A stretch of 63,234 nt of DNA, counting the filler, from Basidiobolus ranarum (taxonomy: Eukaryota): NCBI GenBank assembly GCA_040143965.1. It is 13 parts of 13 records of this genome, joined end to end, with 100 filler letters (N's around TTAATTAATTAA, not from the genome) between each part and the next. Parts side by side here need not be neighbours in the genome. Positions count along the whole stretch, not along the records: positions 1 to 4,787 come from JASJQH010008705.1; positions 4,888 to 9,670 come from JASJQH010008706.1; positions 9,771 to 14,549 come from JASJQH010008707.1; 10 more parts are not named here. One strand, given 5' to 3'. Shown piece by piece: positions 1 to 11,787 of the stretch (the stretch's first letter is position 1; each line of letters starts with the position of its first letter). The notes below the pieces were generated by a model. The model worked only from the letters and a program-made list of their open reading frames with translations, searched no databases and was not told the origin of the DNA. The position numbers and the translations under genes were made by a program.

Positions 1-240
1 TTCTCTGCTAGTTCAGAGAGTGAGGATGAATATGAGATAGAAGACGACGGTGACACCAAATTAGAGCCACCTGTGAAAAGCTCAAAAACAAATGGTCAGC
101 ATCGCAATGGAAATAGTAACAAAAGACGTTCCGCTGAAGAACTACCCTCAATCACACCAACACCCGAAAGCACACCTCCACCCCCAAGTAGGGAACGATC
201 TAGTTCTCAAAAAAAGAAATTGAAGAAGAGAATGAAGTAG
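1..240 (+). CDS. 3' end of an unidentified nuclear protein (acidic, Pro-rich, basic tail)
   Basis: Frame 1 is open from the window start: FSASSESEDEYEIEDDG...KRRSAEE...PPPPSRERSSSQKKKLKKRMK*, with TAG at 238-240. Confidence 0.65.
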   Translation, partial: FSASSESEDEYEIEDDGDTKLEPPVKSSKTNGQHRNGNSNKRRSAEELPSITPTPESTPPPPSRERSSSQKKKLKKRMK

Positions 241-1996
241 GCTGACTTTTATTCCTATCAATAATCTATACATGTCGTATTACAGAACTCATACATAGCG
301 AAATAATTATGAACATAATTAGCCATATATCTATTAATTATTATCACGATGAACCCAGCTTATTGCCTTTGCGCTAATACCGAAATGATGCATGAGAAAA
401 ATTCAACTTTCAAGCCAAATAAACTTCCTGGTCAGGTATCCCTTCACCGATACTCTCATTCAGGATCATTCACCTCATTACTCTTATTTATTACTCGTCA
501 ACATTTGTAGCCTGGCTTTTTTGTCGTGATTTCCATTCAATGTAGTACTTTTGACCTATTCCTATGGTACTATTTACTAAAAGACCAAAGTGCCTTACCA
601 ACTACTGGTGGAAATATAAACGATATGTACATTCAAATCTAATGTTATATTTACTATTGGATGTGTAACAAAAAGGTCATACAAAGAACGCTCTAGCATC
701 TAAGCAATAGCAAATTTAAAGCAAGGAGGATTGACGACTAAGGTACTCCATATAACTGACCAGCATGTTTCATCCATACAATATCAAATTTGTAACTCAT
801 GTGAGTCAATCCACAACTTCTAGTTATTACAATGGGAAACTCATAATCGGTGAATGATAATTACTTCATGCTTTACACTCCAAGAAACGAAACCCTTTCG
901 GGTACCTGTAAAAGATCAACCAAACATGACGAAAGCAGTAACAATCCTGGCTCTTAGCCGGAAACAATAGGTCACTAGATAGACCAAATATAGCAACCGT
1001 TTCTCGTAAAGTCAAGATTGGATAATTTGAATATCATGTAATAGAATCTCAATGAATTTTCGAGATTACATATGGGACATTCTTCGTCGAACCCCTCCCC
1101 CAATTCTCTGTCAGTCTCTAGTAAACTCTCGCATGAACACTTGTAAGTCTCCTGATGATTTAGTTAACTTCAGGTACTTCTCATTTAATGTTTGGGACAT
1201 AGCCTATATGTGTACCGCTACAAGCGTAGTTTGGTTGTAACTTTGTAGTTCTGCGACTGCCTTTCACCCAACACCCCTGACACTCAGCCAAACTTGTATG
1301 TCACAGGGCTATTAAATGTAAAACCACATCTACGTATAATTTGATATATGAAGTGACAGAATATCCATTGAGATCATCTAGCGTTTATTAAATTCCCCCA
1401 AGTGCCTCTCAGGGGTTTTCATAATTTTGAATATAGACACTGATTTTCATCATTTTGCTATTGTACTTATCTGCCCTCTACACCTCTTGGATGGAGCTTG
1501 TCGACAAAGCGATTAAAATGTGTAATAGTTTAACTAGATAACATGTCACTTGTCTAATACTGAGTGCCTAACTGTTATACAATCTGCCTGAAACCACACC
1601 AAGACTGCCTGTACAGCGTATAGACACATACCATTGGCTGTCTTCATGGGCAGTCACATGACGGAATGAATTCCATAGATTATACCAAATTAGAATCTGT
1701 ACGAGTTTGTTATTCTCTCTAGTCAAAGAGAATCATTTTATGAATCAGAAAGACTCCACCAATCAAGCCATTTTAATGGAATTGTTTCAAGATGAAGGGT
1801 ATATATTGGATTGAATGCAATGAATGATGATGATGCAAAAACGCGAACGACCGTAAAAGAAAACCAGGGGATATATTATTATGATGATCGAATTCACGAA
1901 CAAAACATTATGCCTTTTTTTTTGGTAAAAATAATTCAATATATCTAAACACGTATAACTCGAGTAACATCTGTACACCTCTGTTACTAAACCTCT

Positions 1997-2813
1997 ATGA
2001 AGGACAATAAGAAGATCGTCACCAAGGATACAGCTCAATTGAGTCTTTCCGATGTCGCCATCGTAAGTTACAGCAAAAGAATTTCTTTCTTCTATCCTTG
2101 ACTAAATTATTTTCTCTGGTTTTGCATTTGCATGGGGGAAATAACAAAGATAAATGAAAATATTGCAAGTATTGCTCTTAGCATGTCGCGTATAGCTGAA
2201 ATATACAAAACCTCCTTTGACACTAGTAGCTTACTACTCACAAAGAAAGCTAAAGATCCAAATGCTCCCAAAAAACCTAACACTCCCTACCTTCTTTTTT
2301 GCCAAGAGCAAAGAGAACAGATCAAATCTGATAACCCTGACATCTCTCCCCAAGAAGTCACTAAAGAATTGGGTGCTGCATGGGGCCATATCACCCCTAA
2401 TAGGAAGGAGGTATTTGAGTCATAATTATCTGTTGACAAATCAACCATTTCTACTAACACGTTGATCCGCTTAGCAATATGCCCAAAGATATCAGGCAGA
2501 GATGAAGAAGTATAACACTAACATGGAGGCTTATCGTCAGAAACTTGATTCAGCCAACGGTGAATTAGTTATTGAGCCGCTAGCCGAACCAGAGGTAGAA
2601 GCTGAAGATGCACTGGATACACCTGAAATAGAGGAACCATCAGATACTCCCGAAAGCGTGACCAAATCTAAAGATAAAAGAAAACGACGTGAAACGATCG
2701 AAAATTCGGACGTCACCCCTAAATCCAACAGATCTAGAGAGTCACTAGAACCCGAGAGTACTACTAAGTCAGGGAAAAAGAAGAAGAAGGAAAAGAAAAA
2801 CCACACTCATTAG
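1997..2813 (+). CDS. HMG-box chromatin protein (Nhp6/Hmo1-like), 3 exons
   Basis: Exons 1997-2062, 2150-2410, 2475-2813 with in-phase GT-AG introns; HMG motif KDPNAPKKPNTPYLLFCQEQREQIKSDNPD...KELGAAW...KEQYAQRYQAEMKKY; acidic then polybasic C-terminus. Confidence 0.85.
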
Positions 2814-3128
2814 CTATAAATTTGCTTAATAGACTATTAAAACACTAGTTCAATAAACAAATATGTCTTGGGATGTTTTTATGTATACAAGTAGCTACTC
2901 ACTTCCTCTAGCCATGAAATAAAATTGATGTTGACTTATGTAAACCTAGTGAGAACACTATTGTATCGAAGAAATCAATAGGCCGATGTAGAGTAGAGCA
3001 GGATCGAAATTTATAGAATATGAACTTGGATAAAAGAATCATTTTACAGAAAGATAAAAATGTTTCTTAACGACTTTGGTTTATAGATTAAATTTCCTAT
3101 CTTTCAAGAAATAATAAATTCAAGAGGT

Positions 3129-3836
3129 TTATTCCATTTCCATATCGAAAACATCTGAATCTTTGTGTTTGTCTATTGATTTGTAACATATGATGTTTAG
3201 ATAAATGTGCAGCTTCAAAAGTGACTTCATAAAGCAACTTACCATGTTCTTCGTGTTCATCGCTATCTTCTGCAGCATCATCACTTTCCTCCTTTTGGGT
3301 TTCAAGCAAGGAAGCAGGAGTGAAAGAGTGTTGAAGATGAGAATGTGAATGAGGAACTGAAGTGCCCATAGACCCTACAGACGCACGAGTCACTCCAGGA
3401 ATGAAGGGGAGATTGGTAGGGGGGGTTCTAGATAAGGGTGAGTTACGGAGTTGCAAAAGAGTATTGCGGTCGTAAATGATTTTGGTTCCTATATAATGGT
3501 AAAGTTGTAAATAAAAGAGAAACCTAATTTTAGAAGTAAAATCGAATTGTATGGGAATGGACCACTAAGATATTTTTATAAAAACCTTCAGAGATCATGA
3601 AAGTGTAGACTTGATTTCTTTCAAAAGTTCAATAAACGATAGAGTTGAAAAGTACTAAGAAAACGCAGATAGTGAAACAGTAAATGAAAAGGCAACAAAC
3701 CTCCAGGAGTGGTAGAGAAAATAGTACCATGTGGGGTGGTACTATAATCAGCAGGAAGAGGTGTTCCAGGCTCAGCCCTTCTCACAGCAGGAATGTCCCT
3801 AGCGCTAGCGACCTTGGTTGTATTTGTAGAAGACAT
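3129..3836 (-). CDS. EIF4EBP: eIF4E-binding protein (4E-BP), 3 exons
   Basis: Exons 3836-3701, 3488-3243, 3154-3129; RAIP-like [21 protein letters not shown], eIF4E-binding [16 protein letters not shown]-terminal TOS-like FDMEME*. Confidence 0.92.
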
Positions 3837-4435
3837 AGCAAGTTCACAATTTAAATGATCTATCAAGATTATAATACTTTAAGTATCCGTTTTCTCAAAA
3901 TGGCCAAGCAACGTTAAGTCTTACCAACAAGTGCGTAGGTCAAGGAACCTTTTCCGGCACCGTCATTGATTAATATGGAGTAACGACACTCAAAAAGGAG
4001 TATTAATTGGTCAATTTTTTTTCTTGATTTTTTTCCATATACATATTGTATTTTACTTGATTCGATATTTATCTATTAGTGTTGGGATAATATCGTTATT
4101 TTGCATTACATCTAAAATTTTATCAGTTTTTCACAACAGATAGGCCGATTTGTACTTGCACTTGTTGCATCCTAGAAAATCAATTATATAAGAACAAATT
4201 CCAAGAGACTCAAGCAATCGGTGCTTTTTATATATAAATGAAGAAAAATCGTAGATTTGCCTATTCAAATTCAGATTTGATAGACTACTAAATAGCACAC
4301 ACAAGTCCTACTGCTACTTATTTTCATCTCTAATATTAATACCAATGCTTACCCATTTTATACCTGATTCATATTTTACAGGTGGATATTCATTTACTCA
4401 AAATGGAGCACAGAGTCTCCATTTCACTCAGACAT

Positions 4436-4787
4436 CACCCATTATTCTCAATCGTAATTTACTTGGAATATTTTTTACCAACTTATAAGTTCTCAGATAT
4501 ATAGATTTTTCAAACTTTTGCTAGAAGCCCCAAACCTTGCACACAAGTTCCTGGGATCTTTTTTAACACATCTTACACGTTATTTTGCTTACATCTTGAC
4601 AAAACTATAAATGTCTACTTTCTACTCAATAAATCAACAAGTGAAAACTGTTGATATTAGCATTGCCTAAACACCAATATAGTCATATATAGCTTAGTAC
4701 TTAGTTATCTTATAATTCACTAAGATATTATCCATTATTCTCAATTGGAATTTACTTAGAATATTTTTACCAACTTAGAAGTTCTCA
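4436..4787 (+). mobile_element. Two nested/adjacent fragments of copia LTR family A
   Basis: Reverse complement of the repeat at 6294-6642; the second copy starts TGTTGA at 4649. Confidence 0.75.
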
Positions 4788-4887
4788 NNNNNNNNNNNNN
4801 NNNNNNNNNNNNNNNNNNNNNNNNNNNNNNNTTAATTAATTAANNNNNNNNNNNNNNNNNNNNNNNNNNNNNNNNNNNNNNNNNNNN
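4788..4887. other. Artificial contig spacer (44N-TTAATTAATTAA-44N); 12 identical spacers in the window
   Basis: Also at 9671, 14550, 19427, 24303, 29176, 34049, 38921, 43791, 48660, 53523, 58383; the linker has stops in all six frames. Confidence 0.99.
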
Positions 4888-5073
4888 GTTTGAAATTTCC
4901 AATATGGAATTGCTAATTCTCACATTATTCACATATATATATAATATATGTTCCAATTTTCAGCTAAGTGATATTTGACTAAGTAATGTTAACTAACTGA
5001 TATGTGATATATGAAATAGTTAGGTGTATAAAGATAGAGATAACAAATATGATAAAGACAATAAACTTCAACA
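4888..5073 (-). mobile_element. LTR family B fragment inserted in an LTR A
   Basis: Reverse complement of 33708-33893 (TGTTGAAGTTTATT...); also at 14650-14756. Confidence 0.75.
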
Positions 5074-5290
5074 AAGTTATATTTGACTCTGCAGGTGCTT
5101 GGGCAATGCTAATTTCAACACTCTCCCTCAACTAAATAGTTATACAAACTGATCCCAAGTAAGGTCTAAATTTCTCAAATTTCTGCCCAGCTAATGGTTT
5201 GACTAATATATCAGCAATCACATGTTCTGCACAACACTAAGTTAAGTGATGATGTTTTGTATGCTCCTGATATTCTCTGAAAATTATACA
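5074..5290 (-). mobile_element. Ty1/copia 3' fragment (RNase H tail, PPT, start of LTR A)
   Basis: Minus strand MIADILVKPLA...KFEKFR; PPT GTTGAGGGAGAG directly before TGTTGAAA. Confidence 0.75.
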
Positions 5291-5539
5291 ATAAGTTTCA
5301 TAAGATATTATATGACTTCAGTGGATGTATGGGATCTTACAAAGTAGAGTTGTTGAGTGCTTCAGAAGTTTATTCATGAGTCTGGTGAACAAAGTTGGAG
5401 CTAACCAAATAATTCAGTTAAGAAGCTCAAGGGTAAAGGCCCTGAATGTTGTTGAAGTTCATGATCTTTATCATGTTTGTTCTCCAAATCTCTATACATC
5501 AGACTATTGAATATGTCTTATCCAAGTGAGCTGATGTTA

Positions 5540-5856
5540 TGTTAGAGGATCTTGCCATAATGGGGGTAGACTTTGAGTATTAGAAGCAACTTATGATAGT
5601 GTGTTTTAGTTACTTTATTCTTAAGAGTATATGGTGACATATATAGTAGAAAAGTAAATCAATTGTTTGAGATATTCAGGAGTTTGTGTAATAAGATATA
5701 ATAGTTAAGTGGGGGTAATAAGCCATACTTGTTATATAGATATAGAGATATTCCTATTTAGAATATAGGGGCTATAGATATGTTGCTTTCTATTTCTGAT
5801 ATATGTATTATAACTAAAGTTAACTATGATGTTGAATAAAGATTAATTACCCAACA
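5540..5856 (-). mobile_element. Solo LTR family C (317 bp)
   Basis: TG...CA ends, perfect 5-bp TSD TGTTA (5535-5539 / 5857-5861); second copy at 32528-32844. Confidence 0.85.
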
Positions 5857-6293
5857 TGTTATACATATAACCCTCCCTGATCTCAAAATTCAAAGTTACA
5901 TTTAAGATATTTGTGAATATACAAGAGTTGGCAATATTGAGCCTGATATCAAAGAATTGTCTAAATCAATCCCAGAATGGCTTATTTTACTCTTACCAAT
6001 GTTCTGTACCCAGGACCATCACTATATGAAAAAATCATAGTGAGTTATCAGAGTTTTTGTATATCAACCCTGAGCATGTATTTTGGATATATCTCAGAAT
6101 TGTTGTGAAGGGGTGAAACTTGGCAAAAACTTCCCAAATATTTGTTATATTTCATTATTTCTGGTACAAGTGAAATAGTAGCTTTCAGTTACATAGAGCA
6201 GCTCATATAAATGATGTTTTTCTTATAAATATCCAATTACTTGCAAATCTCTACAACCTTACTAATTCATACAAAGTTTACAATTGGGTGGTA

Positions 6294-6642
6294 TGTTGCC
6301 AAAGTATTTGGGAGCCTGTTGGAAGTGGTTTTGAGAATTTGAGAAATTGGTGGTTTTCACTTGTTGATTTATTGAGCACAAAGTTGACATTTATACTTTG
6401 TCAAGATGTAAGCAAACCAACATGTAGAATGTGTTAATGAAGGTCTCAAAAGCATGTGTGCAAAGTTTGGGGCTTCTAGCACAGGTTTGAAAAATCTATA
6501 TATCTGAGAACTTCTAAGTTGGTGTCCATATTCTAAGTAAATTCCGATTGAGAATAATGAGTAATTTCTTAGTGAAATATAAGATAACCAAGTACTAAGC
6601 TATATATGACTATATAGGTGTTTAGGCAAAGCCAATTTCAAC
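6294..6642 (-). mobile_element. Solo LTR family A (copia)
   Basis: Full-length copy (about 350 bp) of the LTRs flanking the copia element at 43983-48421. Confidence 0.8.
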
Positions 6643-8429
6643 TTATGTAACTTGCAAGTTGGTTAGCATGTAATTAAGCTAGTACAAAAGACATATTAGT
6701 ATCATGTACATACTTCTCCAGGAATATTCAGAGCCTAAAGTAAAATGACAAAGAATGAAATATGACAACTTGTATTGGAAAAAATCATGTATCAAAATCA
6801 AACAAAACATTGATATTCCTATTCAAATTATTAAAATCCGTAGAGATTTCCATTCAAATGCTAAGATCAAGCATCTGAATATTCATACATCTTGGCACAT
6901 CTATTTTAAATAGATCTTGGTTGTGTTGAAAATGAACTTGGAGGGAAAATATTGGTTCAGTAACGTTTTTCAGCTGACGTATGTCACCATAAGCATAATC
7001 ATGCTTTATTTTTCCTCTCTTCTAATCCAAGTATATATAAATATATATATATACTCAGTTCTATAATGTCATCAGTCACACCAGTTGTTTCTTCAGATTA
7101 CCCATAATACTTTCAATTAATCCCAGTTTTACAACACATATCTCACTATTCTCTCTTTACTTCCATCAAGAAATAACTTTCACGTCTGAATACAGCGAAA
7201 AAACCGTTGAATAGTGCATATTTTTTCAGATCTTTCGCAAATATTTACTACGCGAAGCAATTTAAAATGCTAAATAATGTATTTAAAATATAGTGAATTT
7301 TTTTAAGCATCCGAATAAAAATCAGCATCCCATTGTATATCTTAAACTTTATCATTCTTGAATAGATACTCTCCAAATTGAAAGTAACCATTTATTGTTG
7401 ACTCCACCGTATTTGACTATGCTCCTTAACTTGAGTAGTATTAACAACATGCCCAAAAAGACCTCATAACATCGCTACTTCTGATGGCCTGTCTTGTTAC
7501 ACGTCAATGTCACATTGGACTGGTTGACATATTAATTTCTTATCAAGCATTGAATAGTGCATTAATCCTAGGAATCCATCTATACAGCAGTGTGTCTATT
7601 TTCGAGCATAGATAATGAATATGAGCAGGGATTTGGATTCTCTAAAAGCACTTGGTTTGATGATTCATAGAGGATCTTTTTATTGGCGCATGAATATTGA
7701 ATGGTTTCTGACTCCAGTTCTCATCACTTTGTGCTTACATTCGATGTCATTCATTATCGAGTGAAGCCTCCATATACAAAAATAATCATGACCAGCAACA
7801 CAAAACTAACTGGTGGCACACTCAACTCTAGGTCATCAATTGGACTTTGACCTACACTCATCATCTTCATTATTATAAAGAGCCCTCCATTCCTTAACAT
7901 ATAAATAGCCTCTCCATTCTAATCTCATTAATATGCTGATTCACCTTCTAGACGTTTTATCCATGACATGGCGAAATTGAAGCTTACACAGGCTTTATGG
8001 TGAGCTATCTAACAAAGCGTACAGACCTACTTCATATCCGATGTAAATTACTTGTATGCATTGTTGAATGATCTAGAGAGATCGGCAAGTGTATTAGTAT
8101 CACTTGGTGAGTTCAGTGGGTCTTCCTTTTTATAGAACTACGTAGAGCTCGAATCAGTATCACTGGCGGAGAATCATTGTCTGGGTCAGTAGTATGTCAA
8201 GTTGAATGAAAAATTGGATCGGCACCAGATTTAGTTAGTGTTGAACCAAGCAATAAGTTATGAAGGGTGCGATGGACCTCATTTCCACATGATACTGATG
8301 ATAATAGCATTAGTAACCCTCGATTATCGACGGAATAGAGTCAATCGTTCCCAGTAGGTGTCTCAATATTAAAGCTCAGTACGCCGATGAGGTGGCTAAC
8401 TTAAGGCCAGTTCCACTCTGGCTTAGGCG

Positions 8430-9360
8430 GATTCTAGATCCACACAGCTCTTCTATAGGTACTTACAATGCCACTAGTGCTTATCGGCATAATTGCCATC
8501 ACGAACACAAGAATATACCAATGGTACGGGTTTCTTCTAAACCGGTGTTATAGTGTACATTAGTGTATTTTGATAGGTTATCAAACCAAAATCTTCACTA
8601 AAACCTAGAATGGACTCGCCATGAAGATCCTTCAGAATAGGTAGAGTTGTAATCTGCGATGGCATCTCGTCACATGTTGGTCACAGTGATTGGCTATGGC
8701 GTTCAAGTAAGGTATAGGATCTTAAGAACCCCTACGAGAATGAGGAAATGGACCATAGTTGTTCGGTATCTGCATCATCATTGTTAGGCGGGGATCTTAC
8801 ATTCACATGCCGCATTATAGTGCTGAGTTTTGCAGTAGAATCCAATGTTTAAGTCAATTCCAATCAGATCCATTCAGCCTACTATGCAGGCTGTTCTTAC
8901 TGATTGGCAGAATCTGTAACCTTCAGGCAACAAATCTTTCTAATGCTTGAGGTGTCAAATCTAACACTGCTTTCTTAGTGAAGAGCAATGTCAGAGTAAG
9001 TTTAAGTTTCAGATAACTGTTAGGGAAAGGTGATGTCTCAGTGGTCAGAGAAGTGATTGCCAAGCGAAACAGCTCTTGGAAGAGAGTATTTTTGAATGGA
9101 TTTGGAATCAAGTAAGTTTCCAAGTTGGATCAAAATCCCATATTTCCGGTAGGGATGAAGCTACTTGGGTGTTGAGAGGCTGTGACAATATCAGGTTACT
9201 GTTACTTGATGATGAAATCAATGTTGATTATCAGCATTCCTACATCCACATATGAGTGGAAAACGGTTTGGTAACTCATACTAATGTTCCTTTACTGAGT
9301 CACTCTAGAACCCATAAGCGATACCCACACTCTTTGTGTCAGTCTTCGACAAAGAGTTAC
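8430..9360 (-). pseudogene. Possible decayed leucine-rich-repeat (LRR) membrane protein
   Basis: Scattered LRR-like peptides in several frames (LETVGVAGNSLS, QELFRLAITSL, NNYGPFPHS..VLKILYL, EMPSQITTLPILKDLH) followed by a hydrophobic stretch WYILVFVMAIMPI; many stops and frameshifts. Confidence 0.3.
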
Positions 9361-9771
9361 CAGCAACTCCAACAGTTTCGAGCATGCTCTATACTATATG
9401 ATGACCTAAGCTCAAAATGGGGATATTTTTACGATTGCCGACCTTCAGAGTGAGGCTGCCTAATCTTCTCGCACGTGATGCTTGGAAGTGCCCCTCGCTA
9501 TGTCAACGATCTAGGCATTCTACATAGCCCCAAGTCTACATGGTTGATGAGGCGCTCTAGAATTAAGCTGACTTCCGCGGTAAACCATTATCTGTACGCA
9601 TGAATTGAGTGGTATGAGCCATATCAATCGGTCAGTTGTCAAGAGTTGATGTTTATAGGCAACGCAAGAGNNNNNNNNNNNNNNNNNNNNNNNNNNNNNN
9701 NNNNNNNNNNNNNNTTAATTAATTAANNNNNNNNNNNNNNNNNNNNNNNNNNNNNNNNNNNNNNNNNNNNG

Positions 9772-9912
9772 AATTGTGGTACCGAAGGCAGATTCAAGTG
9801 CGAAGGAAACCAATTCCTTGTCTGTCAATTTGGTGAATGGGAACTACAAAATGTTTGTGGAGATAACTGCTGCAGTGTAATCCAATACGCTCAATATTGT
9901 TATAATTGTTAG
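9772..9912 (+). CDS. C-terminal Cys-rich chitin-binding module (CBM19-like) of a gene truncated by the contig start
   Basis: NCGTEGRFKCEGNQFLVCQFGEWELQNVCGDNCCSVIQYAQYCYNC*. Confidence 0.65.
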   Translation, partial: NCGTEGRFKCEGNQFLVCQFGEWELQNVCGDNCCSVIQYAQYCYNC

Positions 9913-10312
9913 ATGAGGAAATTGATGTAAATCAACCAATGTAATCCAATTATCAATGAATTCCTGAATAAATTCATGTGTGCTATCTTCAATAATCTTA
10001 CTAAGCTTCAATACTTTTTCCATGGATTCATTTGGTTCTGTTTTTCCTCAGTACTTGATTAGTTCTGGGAGAGACTGGGTATGAAATAAAAATGGTTTAA
10101 ATCGAGAGTTATCGGATCTAGGCCCAATTTAGATTTAGACGGATAAAGCTAGATAAACAGAATATCACAAGAACAGTCATGTGACTCGATAAAATGAGAC
10201 AACTCTAGCCAAAAATCACCCAGCCTAGTTAAGTGGATACCAATATTAGAAGAAAATAAAGATATTAAGCACGTTGAGGATTGAATATATTTGAGTTAGT
10301 AAGCACCATACA

Positions 10313-10804
10313 TTATTTGTGATGTTTGGGAAGAATAGTGAAAGGACCGGATATGGCAAAGAGTGTGGGTTGTTGAGGGTTTGACTTGGAATTGGTAGTA
10401 ACACGGATGTAGTATAGATTGGGGTCTACACCCTTCTTCTTTATATCAGGAACTCTCCAAGTGTAAGTGAAAGTTGTGCTCGGAATGTGATCAGCTATTT
10501 TGGCGCTATAAGCGCTTTTGATTAAAGGTGCTCCACTAGCAAAGCCATATTCCAAACTGTTGTACAAATGTAGATCAAAATCACCAATTTTATCGCCGCT
10601 CGTGCCACATCGACCTATCGCCCACTTGAGTTTGATCTTCTCTCCAACTCTCAATTTTGAGCCTTTTCTGGGAGTATCGAAGATCAAGCAAGAGTAGTCT
10701 CGTTTACCCCAGCCTACACTCTTGTCAAACTCAGGGATTGCCTCAACAGACCAACAAAAGCAAACGGCCATCAGAAGGGCAAGGAAAAGATTTAACTTGA
10801 TCAT
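10313..10804 (-). CDS. Secreted protein with Kre9/Knh1-like N-terminal (GPI-anchored family Ig-like) domain
   Basis: Signal peptide, KR dibasic site, then TPRKGSKLRVGEKIKLKW...FDLHLY...YTWRVP...YYIRV...AISGPFTI; no GPI tail. Confidence 0.75.
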   Translation of the reverse strand: MIKLNLFLALLMAVCFCWSVEAIPEFDKSVGWGKRDYSCLIFDTPRKGSKLRVGEKIKLKWAIGRCGTSGDKIGDFDLHLYNSLEYGFASGAPLIKSAYSAKIADHIPSTTFTYTWRVPDIKKKGVDPNLYYIRVTTNSKSNPQQPTLFAISGPFTILPKHHK

Positions 10805-11405
10805 GGTGAAGTAGAGAAAGTGCTTTCTTGTTCATACACCAAGGAACTGACAATCATTTATACACTACCATCACATGTTAGTCATTCACGACACTTGGCC
10901 TGGGAGTGAAAGAATATTGTTCTTTAAATGAAATCCAAGTTTGATAAATGACTATATGATAGTCTTTTTCCCAGAGAATTTAGACCATCGTTTTGATTTG
11001 GCCAGCTCATAAGTTAGTATCGGCAACTTGAAAGGCTTTGGGTAAACTGATAACTGAATGGTATCCACATGATCAGTTACTAAACAACCACATTCAGTTA
11101 AGTTAATTATAGGCGGGAGCTCTCTGATCATATAAGCAAAATTACAATGACAATTACCGCTATTCAACTTCCTCAATTGGGTTAAACTCACCACATGCCA
11201 CTCTACGGTAATACCTACATTAGGAACACTCTCTACTTGGGGATTCTTCGGCATATCCTGAGATAGGGTCATTTGCCGATCCGTATCCGAATAATGATCT
11301 TATCTCCTTAGGGTTAGGTACTTACACCTTTAGTAAAAAACATATAAATACCACGAAACGTATACAGTAAATGTAAAATTCTCGCTCATTCTCTTATCAC
11401 CACCT

Positions 11406-11787
11406 ATGGTAACCTCAAACATTTATTATATACTTGGTGGAATAATTGCATTCTTCGCATTAATAGAAATCTATAGAAAAAGACGCAAGAGTGAGTATTA
11501 TTTCTGAATTATAGAACTTCATTCTCACTACTTACCTATTACCAGTACTACGTGAGAGGGCGCTGAGAGCACTCATTACTGAGGCTATATTCATCAACCC
11601 AATATCCATACGAAATCGTCCGCATCCAACTCGAAATACTATTTCGATACCAACTCCAGCCCCAGTTTCTCAAAGTAACCCAGCATCAAATCCTAGTGTA
11701 GCCATAGCTATGCCACCTCCAAGCTACCAGGATGCTTTGAAAAGCCCTATCACGGAAGAAATGGATAAACCACATTTACACGAGTGA
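11406..11787 (+). CDS. Small single-pass membrane protein with PPxY motif (108 aa, 2 exons)
   Basis: Exons 11406-11490 and 11546-11787 (GTGAGT...CAG, phase 1); N-terminal TM IYYILGGIIAFFALIEIY, stop-transfer RKRRK, C-terminal MPPPSYQDAL. Confidence 0.7.

Noticed and set aside
4832..4843. TTAATTAATTAA recurring about every 4.87 kb as a periodic element or spacer array
   Set aside because: Always centred in N runs; it is an artificial six-frame stop linker
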